Positions 12,749 through 25,116 are shown, counted from the stretch's first letter. The stretch: 64,000 nucleotides of DNA from Octopus sinensis (GCF_006345805.1 NC_043000.1:138446001-138510000); one strand, 5' to 3'. A program made the numbers and translations. Notes: generated by a model from the sequence alone, not told the origin.

Positions 12749-13112
12749 TCATCATCGCTTAGCGTCCGCTTTCCATGCTAGCATGGGTTGGACGGTTCAA
12801 CTGGGGTCTTGGAAGCCAGAAGGCTGCACCAGGCCCAGTCTGATCTGGCAATGTTTCTACGGCTGGATGCCCTTCCTAATGCCAACCACTCCGTGAGTGT
12901 AGTGGGTGCTTTTTACGTGCCACTGGCACAGGTGCCAGACGAGTCTGGCAAACGGCCACGATCAGATGGTGCTTTTACGTGCCACCGGCACGGGGGCCAG
13001 GCGAGGCTGGCAACGGCCACAAACAGATGGTGCTTTTTACGTGCCACCGGCATGAGGCCAGTCGGGGCGGCGCTGGCAACGGCCATGTTCGGATGGTTCT
13101 CTTACATGCCAC
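12749..13112 (-). mobile_element. family B copy with 3 internal units
   Basis: Same sequence as 3205-3570. Confidence 0.85.
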
Positions 13113-13478
13113 CATGCATATGTATGCCTGTTAATATGTATATATACACATACACACACACATAGTGTGCATGTATGCACATGTGTATTATTGTGTGTGT
13201 GGTGGTTGGCATTTGGAAGGGCATCCAGCAGTAAAAATCATGCCAAACCTAACCTTGCCTGGGGTAGTGCCACGTGAAAAAGCACTGAGTCCACTCTGCT
13301 GAGTGGTTGGTGTTAGGAAGGACATCCAACCATAAAAACCCTGCCAAAACAGCCACAGTAGCCTAGGGTAGTCTTCCTCCTGGCTGGCTCTTGTCAACGA
13401 CCCTATATATATATATATATAATCAGCAACATCATTGTTTAATGTCTGTCTTCTATGCATGCATGGGTAGGGTTTCTC

Positions 13479-14934
13479 TTGACAAACAAACTTTACTGCA
13501 AATCTTACAAATACTTTTAAGCAGAAAAGTGTCTTGGATTGCAGTTAAAACCTGTCTACGAAGAGCTCGTTTCAAGATAGATTGTTCAATTCTTTGAGCT
13601 TCAAATGCTTTACATCTATGTAGATCATTTGTTTTCAAACCAATCGATCTTGCGCCATCTGCTCCCAGTCTTCAACTTTCACATTAAGAGCCTTAAGGTT
13701 GCTTTTGACAACATCCCTAAAACGTTTCTTAGGTTTATGTCTCTGACGTCTGCCACACTGCAACTCCCTGTAAAATAACTGCTTTGGCAACCTGTCATCC
13801 TGCATCCTAGAAAGGGGCCCAACCCAACGTATCTGATTGCGTAGGAGGATCATTTCAAGACTGGATGTGTTAGCTTGCTGAAGATCTATGGTGTCTGGTG
13901 TTAAAGACTTCCATTTAATGCCTAGTATCCTCCTTAGGCAAGTCTGATGGTATCTTTCTAAAGCCTTGATGTAGTGCCAATATGTCTTCCAGGTCTCAGA
14001 AGAGTCCAGGAGGACTGTTAAAATGCAAGATTCATAGATGCTAAGCTTGGTTTTGAAGGTGATACCTCTATCAGACCACATGATTTTCAAGCCTTTCCAA
14101 AGACTTTACTGGATTTTTCAATTCTCAGGCTTATTTCAGGATCAAGGGATCCATCTCTAGAGAGAGTACTGCCAAGGTAGAAGAACACGTCAACCACATC
14201 TAATCTTGTACCCTGGACAAAGATGTTAGGTTCCACATAGAGTTGGCCTGATGGCTGAGAGGACATGATCTTTGTTTTCTTTGGACTGATGGTATGTCCA
14301 AAAGCAATACAAGCTCTAGAGAAGAGATAAAAAAAAAGGCCTGCATGTCCTCCTCAGTGTGTGCAATGAGAACTACATCATCAGCATAACGGAGCTCTCA
14401 AACAAGGGCCTGGAATGTTTTTGATTTTGCATTAAAGCATTTAACATCAGACCGTACCTGTGGTTCTGAAGTGAATATAGACGCTGATATCACAGTCTTG
14501 GAAAGCGTGCAAGATAGTTAGAGCAAAATATATGGAAAAAGTGTTGGAGCAGCAATATCACCTTTTTCAACTCTGTTATCAATGGAAATTGGTTCCGATA
14601 GTGACCCATTGAAGTTAAGATGTGCTTTCATATCACTATGAAGTTGCTTAAACAAGTTGATAAATTGAGGTGGACATCCAAGTTTACCAAGAATGGTCCT
14701 ATTAACAGTGTTAAAGGTTTTTGTTAAATCAACAAATACCTGGTAAAGAGCTATGCGATGTTTGATGCATTTCTGCTGGAGTAGACGAGTAGAAAAAAAT
14801 CATGTCCATTGTGTCATGATTTAATCTAAAACCACATTGAATCTCCTGGATGACAGAGGGGAATATCCATATTGTTAGCCGATTAAGTAAAAGTTTTACA
14901 AAAACTTTGCCAACATATACCTATGTGTTCTGAA
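13479..14934 (-). pseudogene. RTE-clade LINE reverse transcriptase, degenerate, inverted segment
   Basis: Minus-strand peptides VGKVFVKLLLNRL, QCGFR, VFVDLTKTFNTV, NRVEKGDIAAPTLF, ELRYADD (YADD 14377-14388), TKLSIYESCILTVLL..SETW, HQTCLRRILGIKW, RMQDDRLPKQLFYREL; ends CKICSKVCLS. Confidence 0.9.
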
Positions 14935-15270
14935 GTCAAAAGCAGGATATGTGAACCATATGAAGTCACGTGAAAATCGTAATGCCCAGAGAGGTAATGA
15001 TATTGAACGCCAACCACCTCTTACGACTTGTGTCATATGTCAAAAAACTTGTAAGACAAAATCTGGTCTTAAAAACATATGCTAGTTCACAAAAACATTC
15101 CTTCAGAATCAGATTCCAAAGGGCTAAAATATAGAAGAAACTTGAATAATATCTGCCACTTGTGTTTTAAACCCTGTTACTCAGCAGCTGGTCTTAAAAG
15201 GTATCTAAGGGCTCATCAATGGAATGATTATGTAGTGTGATGTAGTGTGAATCAATCATCATCATCATAC
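14935..15270 (+). pseudogene. RTE LINE 3' end with tandem C2H2 zinc fingers and (ATC)n tail
   Basis: SKAGYVNHMKS; CVICQKTCKTKSGLK/HMLVH (1 frameshift); CHLCFKPCYSAAGLKRYLRAH; stop near 15240 followed by ATCAATCATCATCATCAT. Confidence 0.8.
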
Positions 15271-15891
15271 ATATATATATAAACATACACACAACACAAT
15301 ATGTATACATACATACATATATATATAATATATATATATAATATATATATATATATAATATATAAACACAAATCAACACAGTGTACATTAAATCATTAAG
15401 AGGCTTCCATCATAGGAATTCATTACGCTAGAAAGAACAGTTGAAGTCCCAAACCACTAATTAGGGATAAATGGTCGAAGGGAATGAAAAATAAAAACAT
15501 TTACCATCTAATTCCTGGACCATGGTTTCTGACCTATTTTAGTAAATAAAAATTATTATTCACTAGACGAAGTCATTATCAAAAGGGATGCCATAGATTA
15601 AATATACAAACGAGACCAATCCAGCATGCATCTCATTGCTTGAACATTTAAAATTTTTTCAAACCCACTGTGCAATATATATATATATATATGTAGATAC
15701 ATACATGTTTATATTGGTTTCAAATTTTGGGTACAGGGAGAGCAATTTCCAGGGACGCAATAAATCAATTACATCAACTCCAGCACTCAACTGGCATTTA
15801 TTCTACTGACACCCCCCCCACCACCACCACCAACACAACAAAAAAAGATGAACAGGGAAGTCTACACTAGATGAACAGGGAAGTCATACAC

Positions 15892-16179
<288 letters not shown>

Positions 16180-16289
16180 ATTGATAAAACAGTAAGATAA
16201 CAAAAAAAAAGAAAGAGACCTCAATATTATGTAATAGAGGAAATTTATATATGTATATATATACATATATATACATATATATATATATA

Positions 16290-16602
16290 CGTAAAAAGCA
16301 CTATCCGACTCGTGGCTGATGCCAGCACCGCTCGACTGGCTTCTTGCCGGTGGCACATAAAATACACCAATCTGACCGTGGCCGTTGCCAGCCCCGCCTG
16401 GCACCTGTGCAGGTGGCACGTAAAAAGCACCCACTACACTCACGGAGTGGTTGGCGTTAGGAAGGGCATCCAGCTGTAGAAACATTGCCAAATTAGACTG
16501 GAGCCTGGTGCAGCCTTCTGGCTTCCCAGAACCCCGGTCGAACCGTCCAACCCATGCTAGCATGGAGAACGGACGTTAAACGACGATGATGATGATGATG
16601 AT
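16290..16602 (+). mobile_element. family B copy with 2 units
   Basis: GTAAAAAGCAC units, TTAGGAAGGGCATCC core and (GAT)n tail. Confidence 0.85.
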
Positions 16603-16932
16603 ATATATATATAATTTGAGGGAATATCATTTCTAACTTACAGGGAAAAATTCAATTTAGAAATGCTAAATCAAATTTTACAAAATATAATATATATATA
16701 AATTATCAATTCAAATTGAACAATTAAATTGCACCATCTAGAAAATTACATATAATAGAAATATTAAAAATAAAATAAATAATATACCGATGATTAAGTA
16801 AATTGCAAAATAATAATAAAAACATATATTTGGTATATTATTGTTATTTAATTTTTAATATTTCTCGTATATGTTTTTTCTAGATGGTGTAATTTAATTG
16901 TTCATTTTGAATTGATGAAAGGTGTTTTTTTT

Positions 16933-17012
<80 letters not shown>

Positions 17013-17907
17013 TGGTAAGTAGATAGATAGATAGATAGACAGACACATAGATAGATACATAGACATAGACATATACACATATGTATGCAACCCCCCCCCC
17101 ACACACACACAATATAGCTCTGCTGCTAGGCAAAAAAAAAAATATTTCAAATATTCTATTTTTATGTAAGGAACCTATTTAATGTATTTCCTTTAGAAGC
17201 AATATAAATGCATCTAAGTGTTAATCACATTAAAATATAGTTTCAAAGACTTTCACTAATATTAAGCCAATTAATATGAACAAATCAAATATTCTAAAGG
17301 TTTCTGTGAACTTTACTTCTGGAAATGCTGGAAATTCACAACAAATATAGTTTTTTAAAATCTGAGATATTTTATGAATCCATAAGTAAACAAATTTAGG
17401 TGGATTTTATATTATCATTGATTTAGAACGTAGCTTCCCTTTCTCTTCCTTTCTTTACACTGGTCCTGAGCTGACCAGTTTCAAATTCTCTGTCTCTCCA
17501 TCCTTTAGGATATTTTCTAAGTGTTACCCACTATTCTCGTCTAGTTGGCCCTAAGGCTTTTTTTCCTCGACTGTTCATCCTTGTCCATCATCCTAAATCA
17601 CACTCTGGGTCATTTTGCTTTGTTTTAACTTGTTTTGTTTGCTCTGACCCTGAATCTCCACAAAAAGATTTTTTTTTCGCGGGCACCACCAATTGTAAAG
17701 CTCTCAGTCTTATCATTAAAGGTGCAAAACTGAGTATTAAAAATTGGTTGATGACTGATTAAGAATTAGGGACCTTCTGTGCTTGTCTCCTGTCTGTTTT
17801 ACACTCAGAATACGTTATGGTGTATGTTTATTTACCATACATTTTTTTCATTTATTAAGTAACGGAACACAACACACACCGAATTTATGCACATACATAT
17901 ATATATG

Positions 17908-17957
<50 letters not shown>

Positions 17958-17959
<2 letters not shown>

Positions 17960-18322
17960 GCCAAATGTGGTCGATGCCAGATCTGCCTGACTGGCTCCCA
18001 TACCGGTGGCATGTAGAAAGCACCATCCAAACATGGCTGATGCCAGTACCCCGGACTGGCTCCCGTGCTGGTGGCACCTAGAAAAGCACTATCCGAACGT
18101 GATCAATGTCAGGGCTGCCTGACTGACTCCCATGCCAGTGGCACATAAGAAGCATCTGCTGCACTCTCGGAGTGGTTTGTGTTAGGAAGGGAATCCAGCT
18201 GTAGAAACATTGCCAGATCAGATTTGAACCTGGTGCAGCCTCTGGCTTTCCAGACCTCAGTCAAATACGTCCAACCCATGCCAGCATGGAAATCGGACGT
18301 TAAACGATGATGATGATGATGA
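17958..18322 (+). mobile_element. family B copy, diverged, 3 units
   Basis: Same modules; tail-to-tail with the next copy. Confidence 0.8.
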
Positions 18323-18380
18323 TAATACATATATATATATATAATTATATGTGTGTATATGTGTGTGTATGTATATATAC

Positions 18381-18840
18381 ATCATCATCATCATCATCAT
18401 CATCGTTTAACGTCCGTTCTCCATGCTAGCATGGGTTGGACGGTTCGACCGGGGATCTGGGAAGCCAGAAGGCTGCACCAGGCTCCAGTCTTATCTGGCA
18501 GTGTTTCTACAGCTGGATGCCCTTCCTAACGCCAACCACTCCGTGAGTGTAGTGGGTGCTTTTTACGTGCCACCTGCACAGGTGCCAGGCGAGGCTGGCA
18601 ACGGCCACGGTCGGATTGGTGTATTTTATGTGCTACCGGCACGGAAGCCAGACGAGGCGGTGCTGGCATCGGCCACGAGTTGGATGGTGCTTTTTACGTA
18701 CCATCAGACCAGGGATCCTGGCTGGTTCAATTCGATTTCGATTTCGCTTGCCCCAACATGTCTTCGCAAGCAAGGGGGTTGGCATGGGTGCCTGTTGTAC
18801 GGTGAGATTGGTGTATTTTACGTGCCACCGGCACGTAAAA
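18381..18840 (-). mobile_element. family B copy with extra 5' segment
   Basis: Same modules plus about 100 bp of unique sequence (18700-18805) between units. Confidence 0.85.
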
Positions 18841-19298
18841 CATATATATAAAATCATAAGGTATACTAAAACAAATAATGAAATAATGAAATACCGTAAC
18901 AATTATGCCTTTCTCAAGCTTATTGATATTGTAAGTATCAAAATGATTTCATTGGCTTTCAATTAACAAGAATCTGTTGCTGGAGTAGTTTCTGAACAAG
19001 AATATATTTTTATCATGACAAAAATGGTAATATCTATGCATTGGAGACGAGTAGTCTAAGTGATGAAAAACCTTGGTACAAATGTATCGCTGAAACATAA
19101 TTGCAAACAATGTATTCAGAAGAAATAAGGAGCAATCAAATAATTTGCTAAAGAATAAAGAAATATATTCCTCCTCTACTATAATTTGCTGCTATAATAA
19201 TATAATATTATAGAATATTTATAATATATTCTAATAAACAGTAATGTCTACAATAGAAGACCTTCTAATTCAGTAGAGCTAAGATCTGGAAGTTGAGT

Positions 19299-19665
19299 AT
19301 GTGTGTGTGTGTGTGTGTGTGTACCTGTGTGAGAGAGAGTGTATGTGTGTGTGTGTGTACCTGTGTGAGAGTGAGTGTATGTGTGTGTGTGTGTGTACCT
19401 GTGTGAGAGAGAGTGTATGTGTGTGTGTGTGTGTGTACCTGTGTGAGAGAGAGTGTATGTGTGTGTGTGTACCTGTGTGAGAGAGAGTGTATGTATGTGT
19501 GTGTGTGTGTACCTGTGTGAGAGAGAGTGTATGTGTGTGTGTGTACCTGTGTGAGGGAGAGTGTATGCGTGTGTGTGTACCTGTGTGAGAGAGTGTGTGT
19601 GTGTGTGTGTACCTGTGTGAGAGAGAGTGTATGTGTGTGTGTGTACCCGTGTGAGAGTGTGTGTG
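19299..19665. repeat. minisatellite built from microsatellites, about 10 units of 32-40 bp
   Basis: Unit (GT)n-ACCTGTGTGAGAGAGAGTGTAT repeated. Confidence 0.95.
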
Positions 19666-19769
19666 TATGTGTGTGCATATGTGCAGATCGGCACTTTGCC
19701 CACTTTTCCCCTGATTAATACTAATATTATTCCAAGTATTTTGGCAAATACATTATTAGACAAACTTAC

Positions 19770-19879
19770 CTCAGAGAAGCTTGAAGAATCCTGTACACCA
19801 TACCTGAAGGACATCACTAGTCAAAGAACTATCCTCCTGTACAGCAAGATGCAAATGAAACTTTTGGTAAACATGTTCA
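19770..19879 (-). other. candidate exon (acceptor TTCTTCTCAG|, donor GAG|GTAAGT; alternative donor at 19804)
   Basis: Splice consensus on both sides in unique sequence; no homology evidence. Confidence 0.3.
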
Positions 19880-20024
19880 CTGAGAAGAACATATGTTGTG
19901 TGATTAGCAATTAATTCAGAGATGAATAGATGCAAGTTATTTTTTAGTTAATAATAAAATAATTATGGAGATGTGCTTGCATAGCAAGTGATTTGATCTG
20001 AGATCGTGTGCTGGAACGAAAACA

Positions 20025-20229
20025 ATTGCAATGTGGAAGGTGTTTGTAAGCCATTTAAGAAACACACAAAAGCCGTTCAATTCCCTTCAACAATTAAGTT
20101 TAATTTGTCAAAATATTTTCGTCACTATAAGACGAAAATATTTTGACAAATTAAACTTAAATGTTGAAGAGAATTGAACAGCTTATGTGTGTTTCTTAAA
20201 TGGCTTACAAACACCTTCCACGCTGCAAT
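20025..20229. repeat. long hairpin/palindrome (99-bp arms, 7-nt loop), probably Penelope-derived
   Basis: ATTGCAATGTGGAAGGTGTTTGTAAGCC...TTTTCGTC-ACTATAA-GACGAAAA...GGCTTACAAACACCTTCCACGCTGCAAT, few mismatches. Confidence 0.9.
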
Positions 20230-20413
20230 AAAACAATTATAATTTTGGATACTCTAAGTACATGATACCCTATTTGAGGTCCTAATCTCTGGAAAAAAAA
20301 TCGTAACTTCATATAGAGCCCAAGAGAGATAATGAAAAATTATTCAAATAAAATGAAATTTAATCTTTTAGCTTTTGCTTGTTTCAGTCATTATATTGTG
20401 GCTATTCTTGGGC

Positions 20414-20658
20414 ACTCTTTTACTCTTTTTCTCTTTTTACTTGTTTCAGTCATTTGACTGCGGCCATGCTGGAGCACCACCTTTAATCGAGCAACTCGAC
20501 CCTGGGACTTATTCTTTTTGTAAGCCCAGTACTTATTCTATCGGTCTCTTTTGCCGAACCGCTAAGTTACGGGGACATAAACTCACCAGCATCGGTTGTC
20601 AAGCAATGCTAGGGGGGACAAACACAGACACACAAACACACACACACAAACACACACA

Positions 20659-20697
<39 letters not shown>

Positions 20698-20860
20698 GAC
20701 AGGCTTCTTTCAGTTTCCGTCTACCAAATCCACTCTCAAGGCATTGGTCAGCCCGAGGCTACAGTAGAAGACACTTGCCCAAGGTGCCATGCAGTGGGAC
20801 TGAACCCGGAACCATGTGGCTGGTAAACAAGCTACTTACCACACAGCCACTCCTGCGCCT
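20414..20860 (-). mobile_element. SINE family A, full length
   Basis: Reverse complement begins AGGCGCAGGAGTGGCTGTGTGG; GTAAAAGAG-type tail. Confidence 0.9.
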
Positions 20861-21032
20861 GTGTTTAAGAATTTTTAATGAAATGAATCGACCCCAGTAC
20901 TTATTTTTGTTAAGATTGATACTTATTCTATGTCTTTTTTTTGTTGGCCAGCTAAGTTATGGGATGTAAACACACCAACACTGGTTGTCAAGTGGTGGTG
21001 GAGGACAAATACACACACACACACACATATCT

Positions 21033-21260
21033 GTTTCTTTACTACCCACAAGTTGCTACACACAGAGGGGACAAACAAGGACAGACAAACGGATTAACTC
21101 AATTACATCGACCCCAGTGCGTAACTAGTACTTAATTTATTGACCCCGAAAGGATGAAAGACAAATTCGACCTTGGCGGAATTTGAACTCACAACGTAAC
21201 GGCAGACAAAATACGGCTACGCATTTTGCAAAGCATGCTAACGTTTCTGCCTGCTCGCCA
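21033..21260 (-). mobile_element. SINE family D (tRNA-like head, Meta-domain-like core)
   Basis: Reverse complement of 59601-59830; core CTTTCATCCTTTCGGGGTCAATAAATTAAGTAC. Confidence 0.85.
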
Positions 21261-21264
21261 TATC

Positions 21265-21425
21265 GTCATCATCATCATCGTTTAACATCCACCTTCCATG
21301 CTGGCATGGGTGGAATGGTTTGACAAGAGCTGGCCAGGCAGAAGCCTGCACCAGAATTCCGTAACTGTTTTGGCAGGATTTTTACAGCTGGATGCCCTTC
21401 TTAACACTAATCACTCAGCAGAGTA
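21265..21425 (-). mobile_element. family B, diverged truncated copy
   Basis: (ATC)n-GTTTAAC..CCATGCTGGCATGGG..GGATGCCCTTC. Confidence 0.75.
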
Positions 21426-21428
21426 GCC

Positions 21429-21465
<37 letters not shown>

Positions 21466-21488
21466 AAACATGGTTGATGCCATATATA

Positions 21489-21935
21489 TATCTGTAAATG
21501 TAATATGTGACAATTACTTGGTAGTCATGATAAAACTCTGAGTTTTGGATGCCAGGGTGGAAATCCATGCTGCCATCGACAGAAAATATATTCTATTGTA
21601 TTAAATCTAAGAAATTCCTTCCAAAAATCAAAGGCTTGGAAGTCTTCAAAGCGGACCTACGGAAGCTTAAGAACAAAATAAAATTTCATAAGTCTTTTAA
21701 CACTTTCCAACAGAAACTGGAAAAAGATGTAACTTACATAAAAAGTTCCAAAAAGAGCATTTTTTATGATGGCCGAATAACTGAAAAGATGGCGGTGTGG
21801 ATTTCCATCCCGGCATCCGAAACTTGGAGTTTTATCATGGCTACCGAATAATTGTCACATATTACATTTACAGATAAATTCCTCTATTTACATAATATCG
21901 AGGTCTTTTTCATTCTTTCGCTGTCTTAGCATTTT
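21489..21935 (+). mobile_element. Penelope-like element remnant with inverted pLTR arms and hammerhead-like motif
   Basis: Inverted repeat 21489-21577 / 21788-21876 encloses FYCIKSKKFLPKIKGLEVFKADLRKLKNKIKFHKSFNTFQQKLEKDVTYIKSSKK, which resembles the region just before the PADK motif of Penelope ORFs; hammerhead-like 21776-21836. Confidence 0.7.
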
Positions 21936-21943
21936 TATCAATA

Positions 21944-22433
21944 TCTATATATATAAAACTCTAGTTGTGTGAGTGTCTGTCCCCTTCGATTTAGATTCCT
22001 AACTCCTCCCACATTTTGCGGTGCAGTTTAACCAAATTCGGGTATCTTATAGTCGTGATTCATATCGAGCCCGTCTGACTATTAGCGCACGTCAACGATG
22101 AGTCTACGATTTTAAAAATAATTTAACATAATTTTTTATTCCATTTTAATGCATAAAATGCATCGTATGTCGATGGCGGCGGAGTTGGCATCCACGCTCA
22201 CAGCTGCACCTGTTTGCTTCTCCCCCTTCCCTCCCTCGTGAAGCTGTGGGGAAGGGAGTGTAAAGAAATCAACGTCGTAATGCGTTGTCAAGGAGACCAG
22301 CGTTCTTTTAGAACAACGACTTCATGGCTTGAAGACACCAAAACAAAAATGGCTAAGAAAGCCCGAATTTATAAGGGAATGCTTATATAGTTATTTCCCT
22401 TACAAACCCGAGCAACGTCGGGCGATACTGCTA

Positions 22434-22434
<1 letters not shown>
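21944..22434 (+). mobile_element. complete non-autonomous Helitron (491 bp)
   Basis: A|TCTATATATATAAAA start; CCCGAGCAACGTCGGG hairpin, CGATACTG-CTAG|T end; no TSD. Confidence 0.9.
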
Positions 22435-22476
<42 letters not shown>

Positions 22477-22612
22477 ACAGGTGTCTTTCAGTTTCTGTCT
22501 ACCAAATCCAAGGCAATAGTAGAAGACACTTGCCCAAGGAGCCATTCAGTGGGATTGAACCTGGATCCATGCAGTTAGGAAGCAAGCTTCTTACCACACA
22601 GCCACTCCTGCA
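22477..22612 (-). mobile_element. SINE family A, head fragment
   Basis: GCAGGAGTGGCTGTGTGGTAAGAAGCTTGC...GGTTCAATCCC on minus strand. Confidence 0.75.
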
Positions 22613-22729
22613 CTAAACGTTAAAAAATTCTCTTCATAGAATATTTAAATTAGACAGTGTCATTGGTTACACCAATATTAGAAAATGTAAGGATATTAGA
22701 AAGAGAAGAACTCAGTAGCCAAGAATTTA

Positions 22730-22900
22730 TCATCATCATCATCATCATCATCATCGTTTAACGTCCGTTCTCCATGCTAGCATGGGTTGGACGGTTCGAC
22801 CGGGGATCTGGGAAGCCAGAAGGCTGCACCAGGCTCCAGTCTTATCTGGCAGTGTTTCTACAGCTGGATGCCCTTCCTAACGCCATGCCCTTCCTAATGC
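22730..22900 (-). mobile_element. family B, truncated copy identical to 18381-18534
   Basis: Shares the diagnostic GGGGATCTGG and CTTATCTGG variants; ends with a small TGCCCTTCCTAA duplication. Confidence 0.85.
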
Positions 22901-22927
22901 CGAATTTGATAATACTTATATTACTAA

Positions 22928-23322
22928 CTAGCAGTATCGCCCGGCGTTGCTCGGGTTTGTAAGGGAAATAACTATATAAGCATTTTTAGAGATGTAAAGT
23001 ATAATAGCCATCTCAATATGGCTAACCACAAAGGGGGGTGTTACTGTAGCTTTTTACGTTCTGAGATTTAATAATACATTTTTAGAGAATTACTTCCCTT
23101 ATATAATAGCAAAAAAATGCATTAAAAAATGGGAAAAAATGATTTAAATTATTTTTTAAATCGTAGACTCATCATAGATGCGTGCTAATACCCAGAAGGG
23201 CTCGATATGAATCACGACTATAAGATACCCGCTTTTGGTTACACTGCACTGCAAAATGTGGGAGTAGTTAGGAATCTAAATCGTAGGAGACAGACACTCA
23301 ACTTCACTTTTATATATAAAGA
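22928..23322 (-). mobile_element. complete non-autonomous Helitron (395 bp)
   Basis: Minus strand A|TCTTTATATATAAAA ... CCCGAGCAACGCCGGGCGATACTG-CTAG|T; 5' and 3' parts homologous to 21944-22434, middle differs. Confidence 0.9.
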
Positions 23323-23597
23323 TGTCATTGTAGTTAGTATGTTGGTTGTGATGACGTTATGAAACTCGTTCATTCAAATTTTGCATATTTTTATTTTACC
23401 GAGTCTTAGTTTTGCTACAGTTGTTCTCAGGAAGTCGTCTGTTGTAACATATTGATGTAATCTGCTGCTGTGTAAATGATAAAAATAAAATTCTGCCTTC
23501 TCTTTTTATGCACACACACACACACGTGTGCATGTGTATACACACACATCCATGGATGCATGCTGCACACATGACACATACATATACATGTGTGTAT

Positions 23598-23638
<41 letters not shown>

Positions 23639-23701
23639 TATACATTCATACGTGTATATATGCATATGTATATATATATATGTGTGTATGTATATATAAA
23701 C

Positions 23702-23733
<32 letters not shown>

Positions 23734-24895
23734 TATATATACATACACTTATATACATATATATATATATATTATATATGTATATATATACACACACACA
23801 GGCATATATATACACACACGCATATATATGCATATTTATATATATATATATATTATATATGTATATATATACACACATATACACACATACACACGTGGAT
23901 ATATATATATATATATACACACACACAGGCATATATATACACACACGCATATATATGCATATTTATATATATATATATATATATGTATATTTGTAATATT
24001 TTTTAGATGCTTGTACACATGTAATTTATGAATAAACAAATGTAAACTGAAGAAAATTTTGTGTAATTACAGAAAACTGAAGAGAATAAGATAAACAAAA
24101 CAACCATATTTAAAAACAATTAGAATTAAAATACAAAAAGACTACATTGTTTCTTTTCTACTTATATATAACAATTCATGTAAACTATCCTTACACTTTT
24201 CATAATTCTTATGTAAATGACATTTTACGAAACAGATTTACATCTTTCAAAAAACATTATAGAAAGATTATTTATCCTTCTTACTCTCTCTCAAATTATT
24301 ATTATTTTGTAATTGCATAATGCATCATTGCTTGAGGCAGATTAGAAATGGAAGTAAAAAAAAATCTCTATAATTAGTTTCTTAACGTGCTCTTCTGTGG
24401 TCAGCTGTTAGTTAATTAATTAATCATTAATCAATAATATTGAAGTGGCTACCATTTAGAAAAAAGAAAGTTTAATGTTTAGTGCATTTCTTTTATAAAA
24501 ATTCGAAATGAATTACAAGAAAAAATCTGCCAGATAATTACTGTAATGATTAAAACCATATAATTATCTTCTAATTTGTATCATTGTATCTAAAACAGTG
24601 ACAATTAGGTTTATAAAGTAAATATAAGTACAAGGTATTAAATAAGAGCGGTATTTCTAACAACATGTTGGTTATATTGTTGCTATTTACACCCATTCAA
24701 TAATATGCCATTCTTTAGAGCATATAAATAATATTGAAATTTAAGTGCTCTGATGCCATAGTATAAAATGGGAAGAATCTCTAAACAAGGGAGCATCTAT
24801 AACCATTGCTCAATTGACTAGAAATAACAGCCAAATTCAGAGTCATTCAAACCTTATACAATTGTTTAAAATAAAAGTCTTGGACAAATTAATAA

Positions 24896-25116
24896 CCCTT
24901 TTGATACCAACCCGGCTGAAACCGGCTCTGGCTCTGTTGTACAAATGTCTTGTTTTCAAAAGTTCTGAATTAAAATCTTCCACCAAACCTTAGTCACAAT
25001 TTATGTTCCTAACACTTGCATAATGATAACTAAGTTATTTTACTAAATTCTTTGTTATATTTAAAGTAAGTGAAAGAAACACAGAGCATCTCAAAATAAA
25101 TATAGTAACGAAAGGG
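24896..25116. mobile_element. piggyBac-like MITE
   Basis: (A)TAA|CCCTTTTGATAC ... GTAACGAAAGGG|TTAA; inserted in an older repeat. Confidence 0.7.
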
